From an uncultured Chloroflexia bacterium (GTDB lineage Bacteria > Chloroflexota > Anaerolineae > JAAYZQ01), in NCBI GenBank assembly GCA_963783445.1, contig CAWANP010000008.1, forward strand, positions 14,986-78,985: DNA of 64,000 nt. Direction: 5' to 3'. The stretch's first letter is position 1. Each line of letters starts with the position of its first letter. Shown piece after piece: positions 1 to 8,671 of the stretch. The notes below the pieces were generated by a model, which ran no database searches, was not told where the DNA came from, and saw only the letters and a list, made by a program, of their open reading frames with translations. Position numbers and translations under genes: made by a program.

Positions 1-972
1 ATCCGCGATCCTGACTATGGCCGCAACGTCAGCTTTCACCGCTTGATGCAGGTTGGCCCCCGAGCCTTTACCGCCCGCATCGTCGAGGGTCGGGGAACAG
101 ATACGGCCTGGCGCAAGGCTTTGGCTGCCGGACAGGATCTGGAGGTAGCCGTTTGCCTGGGCGTGCCCATCCACGTTCTGCTGGCGGCGGCCATGAGCCC
201 AGCCAAAGGGGTGGACGAATTGTGCCTTGCCCATGCCCTGGCCCAGGCACCCCTGGTTCGCTGTGCAACGGTGGATCTGGAGGTGCCAGCCGAGTGCGAG
301 GTCATTCTGGAGGGACGGATCACCGGGCGTGAGGCCGACGAGGGACCGTTCATCGACCTGACCGAAACCTGGGACGTGATCCGCCATCAGCCGATCATCG
401 AGATCGATTGCATGACCCACCGGCAGTCACCCATCTATCACGCCCTGCTGCCTGGGGGGCTGGAACACAAGCTGCTGATGGGCTTGCCCCGAGAGCCCAC
501 CATCTTTCGAGCAGTGGCAGAGGTGGTCGACTGCCTGAATGTGAGCATCACACCCGGTGGGATGAGCTGGCTCCACGCCGTGGTGCAGATTTCCAAGCGC
601 AACCCCGACGACGGCTGGCACGCCATGGAGGCCGCTTTCCGGGGACATGGCTCTCTGAAGCACGTGGTCATCGTAGATGAGGACGTCAATCCCTTCGATC
701 CGGCAGCCGTCGAGTGGGCCATCGCTACGCGCTTCCAGGCAGACCAGGACCTGATGGTTCTTCAGGATCAGCCTAGCAGCAGCCTCGATCCTTCCGCCAA
801 TCAGGTACCAGGGCAGAAAGCCCGCTCGGCCAAGATGGGATTGGATGCCACCATACCTTGGGTTGACGGCGCCGGGCGTCCTAGAAGCCTGGCAGAGCGA
901 GATAGCTTCCGCAAGGTACCCTACGATGGCGTGGATCTCTCCAGGTACATTTCAGGCCCGGAGCAAGATTGA
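1..972 (+). CDS. UbiD-family prFMN-dependent decarboxylase, probable trans-anhydromevalonate 5-phosphate decarboxylase (5' end outside window)
   Basis: UbiD motifs EGPF, VIVDEDVN...VEWAIATRFQ, SSLDPS, KMGLDAT; frame open from window start; adjacent to aconitase X subunits and IPK. Confidence 0.88.
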   Translation: MRDPDYGRNVSFHRLMQVGPRAFTARIVEGRGTDTAWRKALAAGQDLEVAVCLGVPIHVLLAAAMSPAKGVDELCLAHALAQAPLVRCATVDLEVPAECEVILEGRITGREADEGPFIDLTETWDVIRHQPIIEIDCMTHRQSPIYHALLPGGLEHKLLMGLPREPTIFRAVAEVVDCLNVSITPGGMSWLHAVVQISKRNPDDGWHAMEAAFRGHGSLKHVVIVDEDVNPFDPAAVEWAIATRFQADQDLMVLQDQPSSSLDPSANQVPGQKARSAKMGLDATIPWVDGAGRPRSLAERDSFRKVPYDGVDLSRYISGPEQD

Positions 973-1019
973 CGGGAAGGCGCCCCATTCGACCATGATT
1001 TCTGTGATGAGAGATTCAC

Positions 1020-2318
1020 ATGACGAGCGATAACCCTCGCAAACATGAGACATCAAGACTACTTCTCACGAGCGAGGAACAAGCCATGTGGTCCGGTGAA
1101 GCCGGACCGGGCGTGCGAAAGGCTATGGAGATCGTGGTCGCCCTGGGCCAGATCTATGGCGCCGCTGATCTGGTACCGGCGGCCAGTGTTCAGGTATCCG
1201 GCGTGAGCTATAAGAACCTGGGCGACGCCGGCCTCGAGTTTCTGGAAGAGTGGGCGTCCCAAGGCGCCCGAGCCCGGGTGCCTGCTACCTTGAATCCAGC
1301 CGGCATGGACATGTTTGCATGGCGCAGGCTTGGATTCAGCCAGGGATTCGCCCAGCGGCAGAAGGCCGTCATCGCCGCCTACGAATCCTTGGGCATCGTA
1401 CCAACCTGCACCTGCACGCCCTACCTGGTAGGCTACAGACCCCAGTTTGGAGAGCATCTGGCCTGGGCCGAATCTTCGGCGGTGAGTTACGCCAACTCTG
1501 TCCTGGGTGCACGGACCAATCGCGAAGGGGGACCCAGTGCTCTGGCGGCAGCGATCACCGGGCGGACGGCACGTTACGGCCTTCACCTGGACGTGAACCG
1601 GACGGCGACAGCCATCGTCGACGTTCGCTGTGCCGTCACGTCAGATGCCGATCTGGGCGCCCTGGGTTACTTGGTGGGCCAACAGGTCAAGAATGGTGTC
1701 CCCTACTTTCGGAATCAGGGTATGGTAGATTGGGTAAACCTCAGGCTGGGGAACTGGGGGTTAAGGACGCTGGGAGCGGCAATGGCTGCCAGTGGCGCAG
1801 TTGCCCTGTATCACGTTGAAGGGATAACCCCAGAGGCAACGGCTGGGGGCGTGCTCACACCCGGCGCCCAGACCCTGGTCGTAGACAGCTTGGCTCCCGC
1901 CTACGCCCAACTCGACGGCCCCTCCGAGGCGGTGGATCTCGTGAGCCTGGGCTGCCCCCACGCCTCCCTGGGCGAAATTGGGGCCATTGCCGATTACCTG
2001 GAGGGGCGGCGGGTCAAGGCTGCCCTTTGGATAACCACGGCGCGAGCCACGCGAGATGCAGCCGACGAGGCCGGATTGGTAGCCCGTATCGAAGCCTCGG
2101 GCGGCCGGGTGGTACCCGACACGTGCATGGTGGTTGCTCCCGTAGCCGATCTCGGGTACCGCACACTGGCCACCAATTCGGCCAAAATGGCCTTCTACAC
2201 ACCCTCCCACAGCGGGCTCTCGGTGCGCTTTGGCACCATGGAGCAGTGTCTTGAGGCCGCCAGGACAGGCGCGTGGCCCAGCCTGCGATCTACACATCAC
2301 GAAACCCGGATCAGGTAG
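1020..2318 (+). CDS. Aconitase X catalytic (large) subunit, probable phosphomevalonate dehydratase large subunit (DUF521)
   Basis: Motifs SGVSYKN, CTCTPY, AWAESSAV, RTNREGGPSALAAA, LGCPH, DTCMVV (Fe-S cysteines); context. Confidence 0.92.
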   Translation: MTSDNPRKHETSRLLLTSEEQAMWSGEAGPGVRKAMEIVVALGQIYGAADLVPAASVQVSGVSYKNLGDAGLEFLEEWASQGARARVPATLNPAGMDMFAWRRLGFSQGFAQRQKAVIAAYESLGIVPTCTCTPYLVGYRPQFGEHLAWAESSAVSYANSVLGARTNREGGPSALAAAITGRTARYGLHLDVNRTATAIVDVRCAVTSDADLGALGYLVGQQVKNGVPYFRNQGMVDWVNLRLGNWGLRTLGAAMAASGAVALYHVEGITPEATAGGVLTPGAQTLVVDSLAPAYAQLDGPSEAVDLVSLGCPHASLGEIGAIADYLEGRRVKAALWITTARATRDAADEAGLVARIEASGGRVVPDTCMVVAPVADLGYRTLATNSAKMAFYTPSHSGLSVRFGTMEQCLEAARTGAWPSLRSTHHETRIR

Positions 2319-2319
2319 C

Positions 2320-2707
2320 ATGGAACTCACAGGACGGATCATCAAGAACGGAACCGCCAAAGGCATCGCCCTGGTAACATCAGAACCCATCGGATTCCTC
2401 GGTGGGATAGACCCGGAGACGGGTCTCGTCATTGAACCTGGGCATCCCCTGGAGCGACAGCTGTGTTGCCGGCCGGGTGCTGGTCTTTCCCACAGGCAAG
2501 GGCAGCACGGTAGGCTCGTATACCCTTTATCGCATGGCCAAGGCTGGCACAGCACCGGCTGCCATCATCAACGCCGAAAGCGAAGCAATCGTGGCTGTGG
2601 GAGCGATCATCAGCGACATTCCCATGGTAGACCAGGTGGACATCACCCAGATCCGGACCGGCGACCGGGTGTCTGTCGATGGAGATCGCGTGGAAGTAAG
2701 CCGATGA
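2320..2707 (+). CDS. Aconitase X swivel (small) subunit (DUF126), probable phosphomevalonate dehydratase small subunit; one frameshift near 2455-2462
   Basis: MELTGRII...FLGGIDPETG...GHPL in one frame, continuing VAGRVLVFPTGKGSTVGSY...IPMVD in another; KGSTVGS motif; frameshift probably a sequencing error. Confidence 0.85.
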
Positions 2708-3540
2708 TCCCAAGCAGTACAGGCCGGCTGGTATTCGTCAAGCTAGGCGGTTCGGTGATCACCGACAAGACTCAGCCCGAGAGGGATCGACCTGAAGTAA
2801 TCGGCCGCCTCGCAAACGAGGTTGCGCGCGCGCTGGCTCGCCGCCCTGACCTGCAACTGGTGTTGGGACACGGCAGTGGATCATTCGGGCACGTTGTTGC
2901 CCAGCACTATGGAACACGCCATGGGGTATGCGGTGAAGCCCAATGGCGGGGCTTTGCCGAGGTAGCATCGGTCGCATCGCTGCTGAATCGCATTGTAACT
3001 GAGGAATTCCTGGAGGTTGGCGTTCCAGTTTGGTCGCTCCAGCCATCTGCTATGGCCTGGTGCCGGGCTGGCGAACTGATATCGTTGGCTACAAGGCCCG
3101 TAGAACGCGCGCTGTCTTGTGGGTTGGTCCCTCTTTTGTACGGCGACGTGGCCCTGGACGAGGTACAGGGAGGCACGATCATCTCCACCGAGCAGATCTT
3201 TGCCTACCTGGCTCGCCAACTCCGCCCGGCCCAGATCGTACTGGTAGGAGAGGTAGATGGTGTATATGACCGGGATCCCTTGCGTGACCCATCAGCCAGC
3301 CCCATCCCAGAGATTTCGGCCTCGAACTGGGAAACGGTACGCGGCTCCCTGGGCGGCTCTCATGCCACCGACGTGACTGGCGGGATGCAGGCCAAGGTTG
3401 CAGAGATGGTGAGCTTGGTCCAAGAAATACCGGGGCTGACGGTACACCTGATCTCGGGCGAGCGTCGCGGCGCCCTGGAGACGGCCCTGCTTGAACCTGC
3501 CAGGGCTGCAGGTGGAACCATGATCCGCTGGAATGGCTAG
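2704..3540 (+). CDS. ipk: Isopentenyl phosphate kinase (amino-acid kinase family)
   Basis: KLGGSVITDK, GHGSGSFGH (IPK His signature), DVTGGM; ATG overlaps upstream stop (ATGA). Confidence 0.92.
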   Translation: MIPSSTGRLVFVKLGGSVITDKTQPERDRPEVIGRLANEVARALARRPDLQLVLGHGSGSFGHVVAQHYGTRHGVCGEAQWRGFAEVASVASLLNRIVTEEFLEVGVPVWSLQPSAMAWCRAGELISLATRPVERALSCGLVPLLYGDVALDEVQGGTIISTEQIFAYLARQLRPAQIVLVGEVDGVYDRDPLRDPSASPIPEISASNWETVRGSLGGSHATDVTGGMQAKVAEMVSLVQEIPGLTVHLISGERRGALETALLEPARAAGGTMIRWNG

Positions 3541-3568
3541 GTGGGCATCGGAAGGTAATCCAGCTAAC

Positions 3569-3597
3569 TTGCCCATAGACCCAAAAAGTGCTATGAT
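3569..3597 (+). promoter_or_regulatory. sigma70-type promoter upstream of the GHMP decarboxylase gene
   Basis: TTGCCC-17bp-TATGAT with extended -10 TG. Confidence 0.6.
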
Positions 3598-3621
3598 ATC
3601 GGCAAAGGCTGGCATACAGGA

Positions 3622-4608
3622 ATGTCGAAAGGCAAGACGACCGCGGTCGCAAACCCAAATATCGCTTTCATCAAATACTGGGGCAAGGCCAACGACGCCC
3701 TGAACCTGCCTGCGAATCCGTCACTTTCGATGAACCTGGCAGCACTGACGACAGTGACCACCGTCGAGTTTCGGTCGAGATTGTCCAGCGACATGGTGAC
3801 CATTGATGGACAGCCGGCAACGGGCCAGGCCCTGGAGCGGGTAGTCCAGCACCTTGATCGAGTCCGGACGTTGGCTGGAATCGATGAAAGTGCCCAGGTC
3901 GTCAGTCAGAATGACTTTCCGGCTGGGACAGGGTTGGCCTCATCAGCGTCCGCTTTTGCCGCCCTGTCACTGGCAGCGACGCAAGCGGCAGGGATTCGGC
4001 TGCACGAAGAAGAGCTGTCGCGCCTGGCGCGACTGGGATCTGGGTCGGCGTGCCGATCGGTTCCGGCAGGCTTTGTCCTATGGGATGGGGATCGCGATGA
4101 TACATCGTTTGCCCGTCAGGTAGCGCCCCCAGATCACTGGGACTTGTGCGATTTGGTTGCCATTGTCAGCCACCAGCACAAAGGGGTAGGCTCGCACGAC
4201 GGACACGAGATGGCGCCGACGAGTCCATTCTACGCAGCCCGGTTGAATGCCGTGCCAGGACTGCTGGCAACTGTCCTGTCAGGCATTCAGCAGCGTGATC
4301 TTGCGACAATGGGACCCGCCATTGAGGCCGATACCCTGGCCATGCATGGGGTGATGATGACCTCAGCTCCTTCGCTCTTGTACTGGGAAGCCGCGACGGT
4401 AGCCGTCCTGCAAGGGGTACGAGCTTGGCGCCAATCAGGTCTGGGCGTATTTTTCACACTGGACGCTGGCCCCAATGTGCACTGCTTCTGTGAAAGATGC
4501 GACGTCGCTGAGGTTGAGGCACGATTGCGTGGCCTGCCAGGCATCCAAGAAGTGCTGGTTAGCGGCCCGGGTGGTGGGGTGCGGCCAGTGGAATACCATT
4601 TGTTCTAG
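3622..4608 (+). CDS. mvaD: (Di)phosphomevalonate decarboxylase (GHMP family), likely mevalonate-5-phosphate decarboxylase
   Basis: NIAFIKYWGK, GLASSASAFAAL, GSGSACRS, FTLDAGPNVH motifs. Confidence 0.92.
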   Translation: MSKGKTTAVANPNIAFIKYWGKANDALNLPANPSLSMNLAALTTVTTVEFRSRLSSDMVTIDGQPATGQALERVVQHLDRVRTLAGIDESAQVVSQNDFPAGTGLASSASAFAALSLAATQAAGIRLHEEELSRLARLGSGSACRSVPAGFVLWDGDRDDTSFARQVAPPDHWDLCDLVAIVSHQHKGVGSHDGHEMAPTSPFYAARLNAVPGLLATVLSGIQQRDLATMGPAIEADTLAMHGVMMTSAPSLLYWEAATVAVLQGVRAWRQSGLGVFFTLDAGPNVHCFCERCDVAEVEARLRGLPGIQEVLVSGPGGGVRPVEYHLF

Positions 4609-4625
4609 AAGAGCAAAAGTCATAT

Positions 4626-5282
4626 TTGGAGGATCTCGAGTTGGAGTACAGCGAAAAGGTCATGGACCACTTTATGAACCCCCGCAACGTGGGGGTTATC
4701 GAGGATGCTGACGGCGTCGGCCGGACGGGCAACCCGACTTGCGGCGATCTTATGGAGATGTCAATCAAGATCAATGAAAACGTGATCACGGACATCAAGT
4801 TTCGGACCTTTGGCTGCGGGGCAGCCATCGCCACCAGCTCGATGGCCACGGAGTTGATCAAGGGCAAAACGATCGACGAAGCACTAGAGATCTCGAATCG
4901 GGCCATCGCCGAAGCGCTGGACGGGCTGCCGCCTGTCAAGATGCATTGTTCGGTTCTGGCTGCTGATGCCCTGCGCGCCACGCTGGCCGACTATTATACC
5001 CGCCAGGGTCAACTGGAAAAAGCCGCCGAGCTGACAGACGATGAAGTGGCCGAGCCCGTGGATTCGGAGGAAGCGCGCGAGCCACTGCATTGGGACGATT
5101 TTTGCAGAATGGTGCGGGCTCTGAACACCGCCTACCCGGATACAGATCCCCTGGACCTGAGCACGACCAAGCTATTCAAGATGGTCCTCAAGCTGCCCGG
5201 CTTTGACGACAGTCCGGAGGCGGCCAACGAGGAGCAGTTGGAAAAGCTGCAGATGGCCTGGCACGAGGTTCAGGCTGGTTAG
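4626..5282 (+). CDS. iscU: Fe-S cluster scaffold IscU/NifU-N fused to a C-terminal IscX(YfhJ)-like domain (alternative TTG start at 4641 after GGAGGA)
   Basis: GNPTCGD, FGCGAAIA, LPPVKMHC motifs; C-terminal LHWDD...YPDTDP...LPGFDDSPEAANEEQLEKLQMAW resembles IscX. Confidence 0.88.
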   Translation: MEDLELEYSEKVMDHFMNPRNVGVIEDADGVGRTGNPTCGDLMEMSIKINENVITDIKFRTFGCGAAIATSSMATELIKGKTIDEALEISNRAIAEALDGLPPVKMHCSVLAADALRATLADYYTRQGQLEKAAELTDDEVAEPVDSEEAREPLHWDDFCRMVRALNTAYPDTDPLDLSTTKLFKMVLKLPGFDDSPEAANEEQLEKLQMAWHEVQAG

Positions 5283-5305
5283 GGAAAGGCTTAGGGAATA
5301 GAACT

Positions 5306-6587
5306 GTGGTAACGGTTCTGTCGCTGGTAGTGGCACTGAGTGTCGTGGTATTTGTGCATGAACTGGGACACCTGCTCGCTGCCAAGCGCGCAAAGGTGGT
5401 GGTCGAGGAATTTGGCTTCGGCTATCCACCCCGCGTGTTTACCTTTTGGCATAGCGAAGGTGATATTGTCATCGGCGGGAGAAAAATCGTGATCCCCCGT
5501 GAAGTTCAAGTTGCCCAAAGGCTTGCAGGCTCGGTCTCTCGTGGTCTACCGAGACGGGAACCGACAAAAGGGCCGAGAGGTGTTGACCCACGTTGAGAAG
5601 GTTGAACCCGAGGATGCAGCCATCGAATCGGCCAGCTATGTCGAACTGCTGGATCCCGGCACACTCTACTCTCTCAATGCCATCCCCTTTGGGGGCTTTG
5701 CCCGCATGCTGGGCGAGGAGGATCCGACCTTCCCTGGCAGCCTGGCCAGCAAGAGCAAGATCACGCGGATTGTGGTACTGGCTGCCGGGGCAGGCATGAA
5801 TCTGTTGACTGGCCGTGGTCTTTTTTGCCCTGGCACTCCGTTTGGGCGCACCGGCTGTCGCGGAGCCAGAGAATGCAGTGGTGAACGCTGTAGCTCCAGG
5901 CTCGCCTGCCGAGGCTTCAGGGTTGCTGCCCGAGGGACGTGATCCTGCGCGCCGATGATCGGGAGATCTGAGAGATCACAGACCTGCAGGAGCATCTCAG
6001 AGCCCACCTGGGGGAGCCTGTGTCGCTGACGGTAAAGCGGGACGACGAGACACTAGCAGATCACGTCATACCCCGCATCACCCCGCCAGAGGGCGAGGGA
6101 CCGATGGGCATCAGCCTGACCCCACGCATGACCGTCAAGAACGTATCCGTGGCCGAAGCCCTCTGGCTGGGGATTAAACAAACAGCAGGCTACATCGGCT
6201 TCATCATCACCCTTCCCATCCAGATGTCAAGGGGTCTGATCCCAGCCGACCTGGCCCGGCCCGTGGGCCCAGTGGGAGTGGGGCGGCTGGTGGGCGATGC
6301 AGTACAGTACTCGCTCGACTAGCGGCTGGTGGTTTCCGGTGATGCAGATGATGGGTACCCTGAGCGTGGCTCTGGCAGTTACCAATCTGCTGCCGCTGCC
6401 TGCGCTGGATGGCGGGCGCATTCTCTTTGTCATTGTCGAAGGAATCCGTGGCCGCCGCATGGACCCGGCCAAAGAGGGCCTGGTACACCTTATTGGCATG
6501 TTGTTGCTGGTAGGCCTGATGCTATTCATTACCTGGCAGGATCTGATCAACCCTGTGCCCTCTTTGGACTGGGGCAGTTTCTTCTAG
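5306..6587 (+). CDS. rseP: RIP metalloprotease RseP (site-2 protease, M50 with PDZ), broken by several frameshifts
   Basis: HELGH, EFGFGYPP, AIPFGGFARM, AGAGMN, PDZ-like segment, GPVG, NLLPLPALDGGR spread over at least 4 reading-frame fragments. Confidence 0.85.
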
Positions 6588-6676
6588 CTCACAGCGTCCG
6601 GGACTGTAGCATGCATCTCACATCACAAAACGTGTCGTTCTAGTGGAGTCCAGCTCGCTGGCGACGAGGCAGTCCA

Positions 6677-7573
6677 TTGAAAAAGTGTAGCCGTTGTGGC
6701 ACCGAGGTCCAGACTGGACAACTCGTCTGTTCCCATTGTGGCAAGCCCCAGCGACGCCCCCGGAGCATTCGCTGCCGGCACTGTGGCACAGTCAGTAGCC
6801 GGGCTTTTGAGGTGTGTCCCAGTTGCGGCGAAACCCTGCGGCATGACTGGCTCCGGCCGCTGGCAATCGTAGCCGCCATCGCCATCATGATCGCGGTTGG
6901 GCTCTTGGTGATCCCCTGGTTGCAGCAGAGTCTGGAAGGCTTCCAGCCGCCATTGGCCGTGAGCACCGTTCAAGCAGTCGCCAGCGAGGTACCGGTTTTC
7001 GTCCTCGTCGAGGTGCCGACTCTCACGCCCACGCCGACACTGACAAGCAGCCCCACACCCACCAACACCCCCACGACAACGCCAACTCCCAGCTTGACAC
7101 CTACCCTGACACCGTCGGCTACCCCAACCGAAACGCCTACACCTACGCTGACCTGGACACCCACGCCCACGGTCACACGCGTGCGGCCCTCAGCGGTTCC
7201 GACAGAAACCCCGAGACCCGCGCCAACCGTCGCCCCGCCAACACCGCTCAGGCCTGAAGATGGCGCCTTGTTCAGCGGAGAAAACGCCAAGATCGAGTTG
7301 GCGTGGACCAGCGGACACACGCTGAGGCCCAATGAATGCTTCCTGGTGACGGTTCGCTGGACCGAGGGAGGGGCTCGGACAAGCACACAAGTATGCGTAC
7401 AGGCAACTTCCTGGTTCGTGGATGGGTCACTCCATCTTCGGGCTGATCAGGAGACCGATCGGGTCTACGGTTGGAGGGTACAGCTTGCCCGGGAGGAAAC
7501 GGGCGAGAACGGCCAAGAGACTTTTGCTCCTTTTAGTCCTTCAGGCGAGGAACGTTCCTTCCACTGGCAGTAG
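6677..7573 (+). CDS. Double zinc-ribbon, single-TM protein with Thr/Pro-rich stalk and C-terminal beta-rich domain
   Basis: Four CxxC pairs at N-terminus, hydrophobic helix, (TPTPT)n linker, Trp-rich C-terminus. Confidence 0.75.
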   Translation: MKKCSRCGTEVQTGQLVCSHCGKPQRRPRSIRCRHCGTVSSRAFEVCPSCGETLRHDWLRPLAIVAAIAIMIAVGLLVIPWLQQSLEGFQPPLAVSTVQAVASEVPVFVLVEVPTLTPTPTLTSSPTPTNTPTTTPTPSLTPTLTPSATPTETPTPTLTWTPTPTVTRVRPSAVPTETPRPAPTVAPPTPLRPEDGALFSGENAKIELAWTSGHTLRPNECFLVTVRWTEGGARTSTQVCVQATSWFVDGSLHLRADQETDRVYGWRVQLAREETGENGQETFAPFSPSGEERSFHWQ

Positions 7574-7602
7574 GCGCCTTCTGGCTCAAATTGCAGGGAA
7601 CA

Positions 7603-7654
7603 AAACAGCAGCCCCGCTTTCAGATGATTTCTGCCTGATACGGGGCTGCTGTTT
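7603..7654. terminator. Probable bidirectional intrinsic terminator between convergent genes
   Basis: AAACAGCAGCCCCG...CGGGGCTGCTGTTT inverted repeat with T/A tails. Confidence 0.65.
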
Positions 7655-7695
7655 GTGTTTGTACTGGAAAGCGCTACGGCATCATTGGGCCCGGG

Positions 7696-8343
7696 TTATA
7701 TCTCGCGAACGTCAATGATCTCGGCCCCTTCAATCTGGGACAGGCTGGAAAGCAATACCTCGCGATCCACATTCCTGACCTTGACAACCAGGCCAGCTTT
7801 GATGGGGTCTTGGGCCAGAAAAGCTCCGCAGGCGACAATATTGCCGCCTTGCCCGGCCACAGCCTGGGCAACCAGGGCCAGCTCACCTTCCCGATTTGGT
7901 ACCTCCAGGGTAATGCGCAAGCCTTTCTGCCGGGCGGCAAACAATTCCATGAAAGTCCGGAATACATCACTTTCGGTGACAATACCTACCAGTCTTCCGT
8001 CCCGCAGCACAGGTAGACAGCCGATCTTGTGATCCAGCATCAAGTGGGCTGCTTCCTCGATGGGAGTATCCTCCGAGGTGGTAATCACGGTTTTCACCAT
8101 GACTTCCTTCACCTTGACTTTGGTCAAGAGGGAATGAATCTCCCACACACTCAGCAAAGTTGCCTCTGATGGCCCGGCCTTTAGCAGGTCATCTTCGGTG
8201 ACAAGGCCCACCATCTTGCCCGTCTTGTCCACTACCGGGAGATGCCGGATACTCTGCTGCTGCATATATTGGTGCGCGCCCGATAGAGATTCACCTGCTG
8301 AGACGGTCAGAGGATGTTTGATCATTCGGTCCTTAACTAACAT
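7696..8343 (-). CDS. CBS-pair + ACT domain protein (AcuB-like)
   Basis: Two CBS repeats (IRHLPVV, IGCLPVL...GIVTESD) followed by ACT-like VPNREGELA. Confidence 0.88.
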   Translation of the reverse strand: MLVKDRMIKHPLTVSAGESLSGAHQYMQQQSIRHLPVVDKTGKMVGLVTEDDLLKAGPSEATLLSVWEIHSLLTKVKVKEVMVKTVITTSEDTPIEEAAHLMLDHKIGCLPVLRDGRLVGIVTESDVFRTFMELFAARQKGLRITLEVPNREGELALVAQAVAGQGGNIVACGAFLAQDPIKAGLVVKVRNVDREVLLSSLSQIEGAEIIDVREI

Positions 8344-8384
8344 TGTCTGTATCCCCCTATTCTACAAGGCTGAACTTCAGTACT

Positions 8385-8413
8385 ATTGTAAGGCCAAGGC
8401 TACAATATGTCAA
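8385..8413 (-). promoter_or_regulatory. sigma70 promoter for CBS-ACT gene, overlapped by a TATTGTA-N10-TACAATA palindrome
   Basis: Minus strand TTGACA-17bp-TACAAT. Confidence 0.65.
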
Positions 8414-8536
8414 ATGCTTAGCGCGTCTGGAGTTGAGGCTTATTCTAATCTCACAGAGGCTACACCAGCGAACTAGTTGAGCACACGTTTTATCCTGTGC
8501 GGCTGGGTCCACATCCCATACTTGATGTCCTACAAG

Positions 8537-8575
8537 AAACCCCGCTGGCGACCGAAACCGGCCTCAGCGGGGTTT
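8537..8575. terminator. Stem-loop downstream of LysM gene (terminator or REP-like)
   Basis: AAACCCCGCTG...CAGCGGGGTTT inverted repeat. Confidence 0.5.
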
Positions 8576-8671
8576 ATGACTTTCCGTTCAGGACAAGAGC
8601 CCACACCACCTCTGGTACCTACAGAACAGGTCTCCAAACAGTGGGCTCAACCGACGCTAGCCAGTACGTGC

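Noticed and set aside
2230-3540. 436-aa ORF suggesting an AcnX-small-subunit/IPK fusion
   Set aside because: Artefact of the frameshift near 2458; IPK has its own ATG at 2704 overlapping the small-subunit stop.
7016-7250. ACC/CCC-rich low-complexity DNA as a non-coding repeat
   Set aside because: Fully explained by the encoded Thr/Pro linker.
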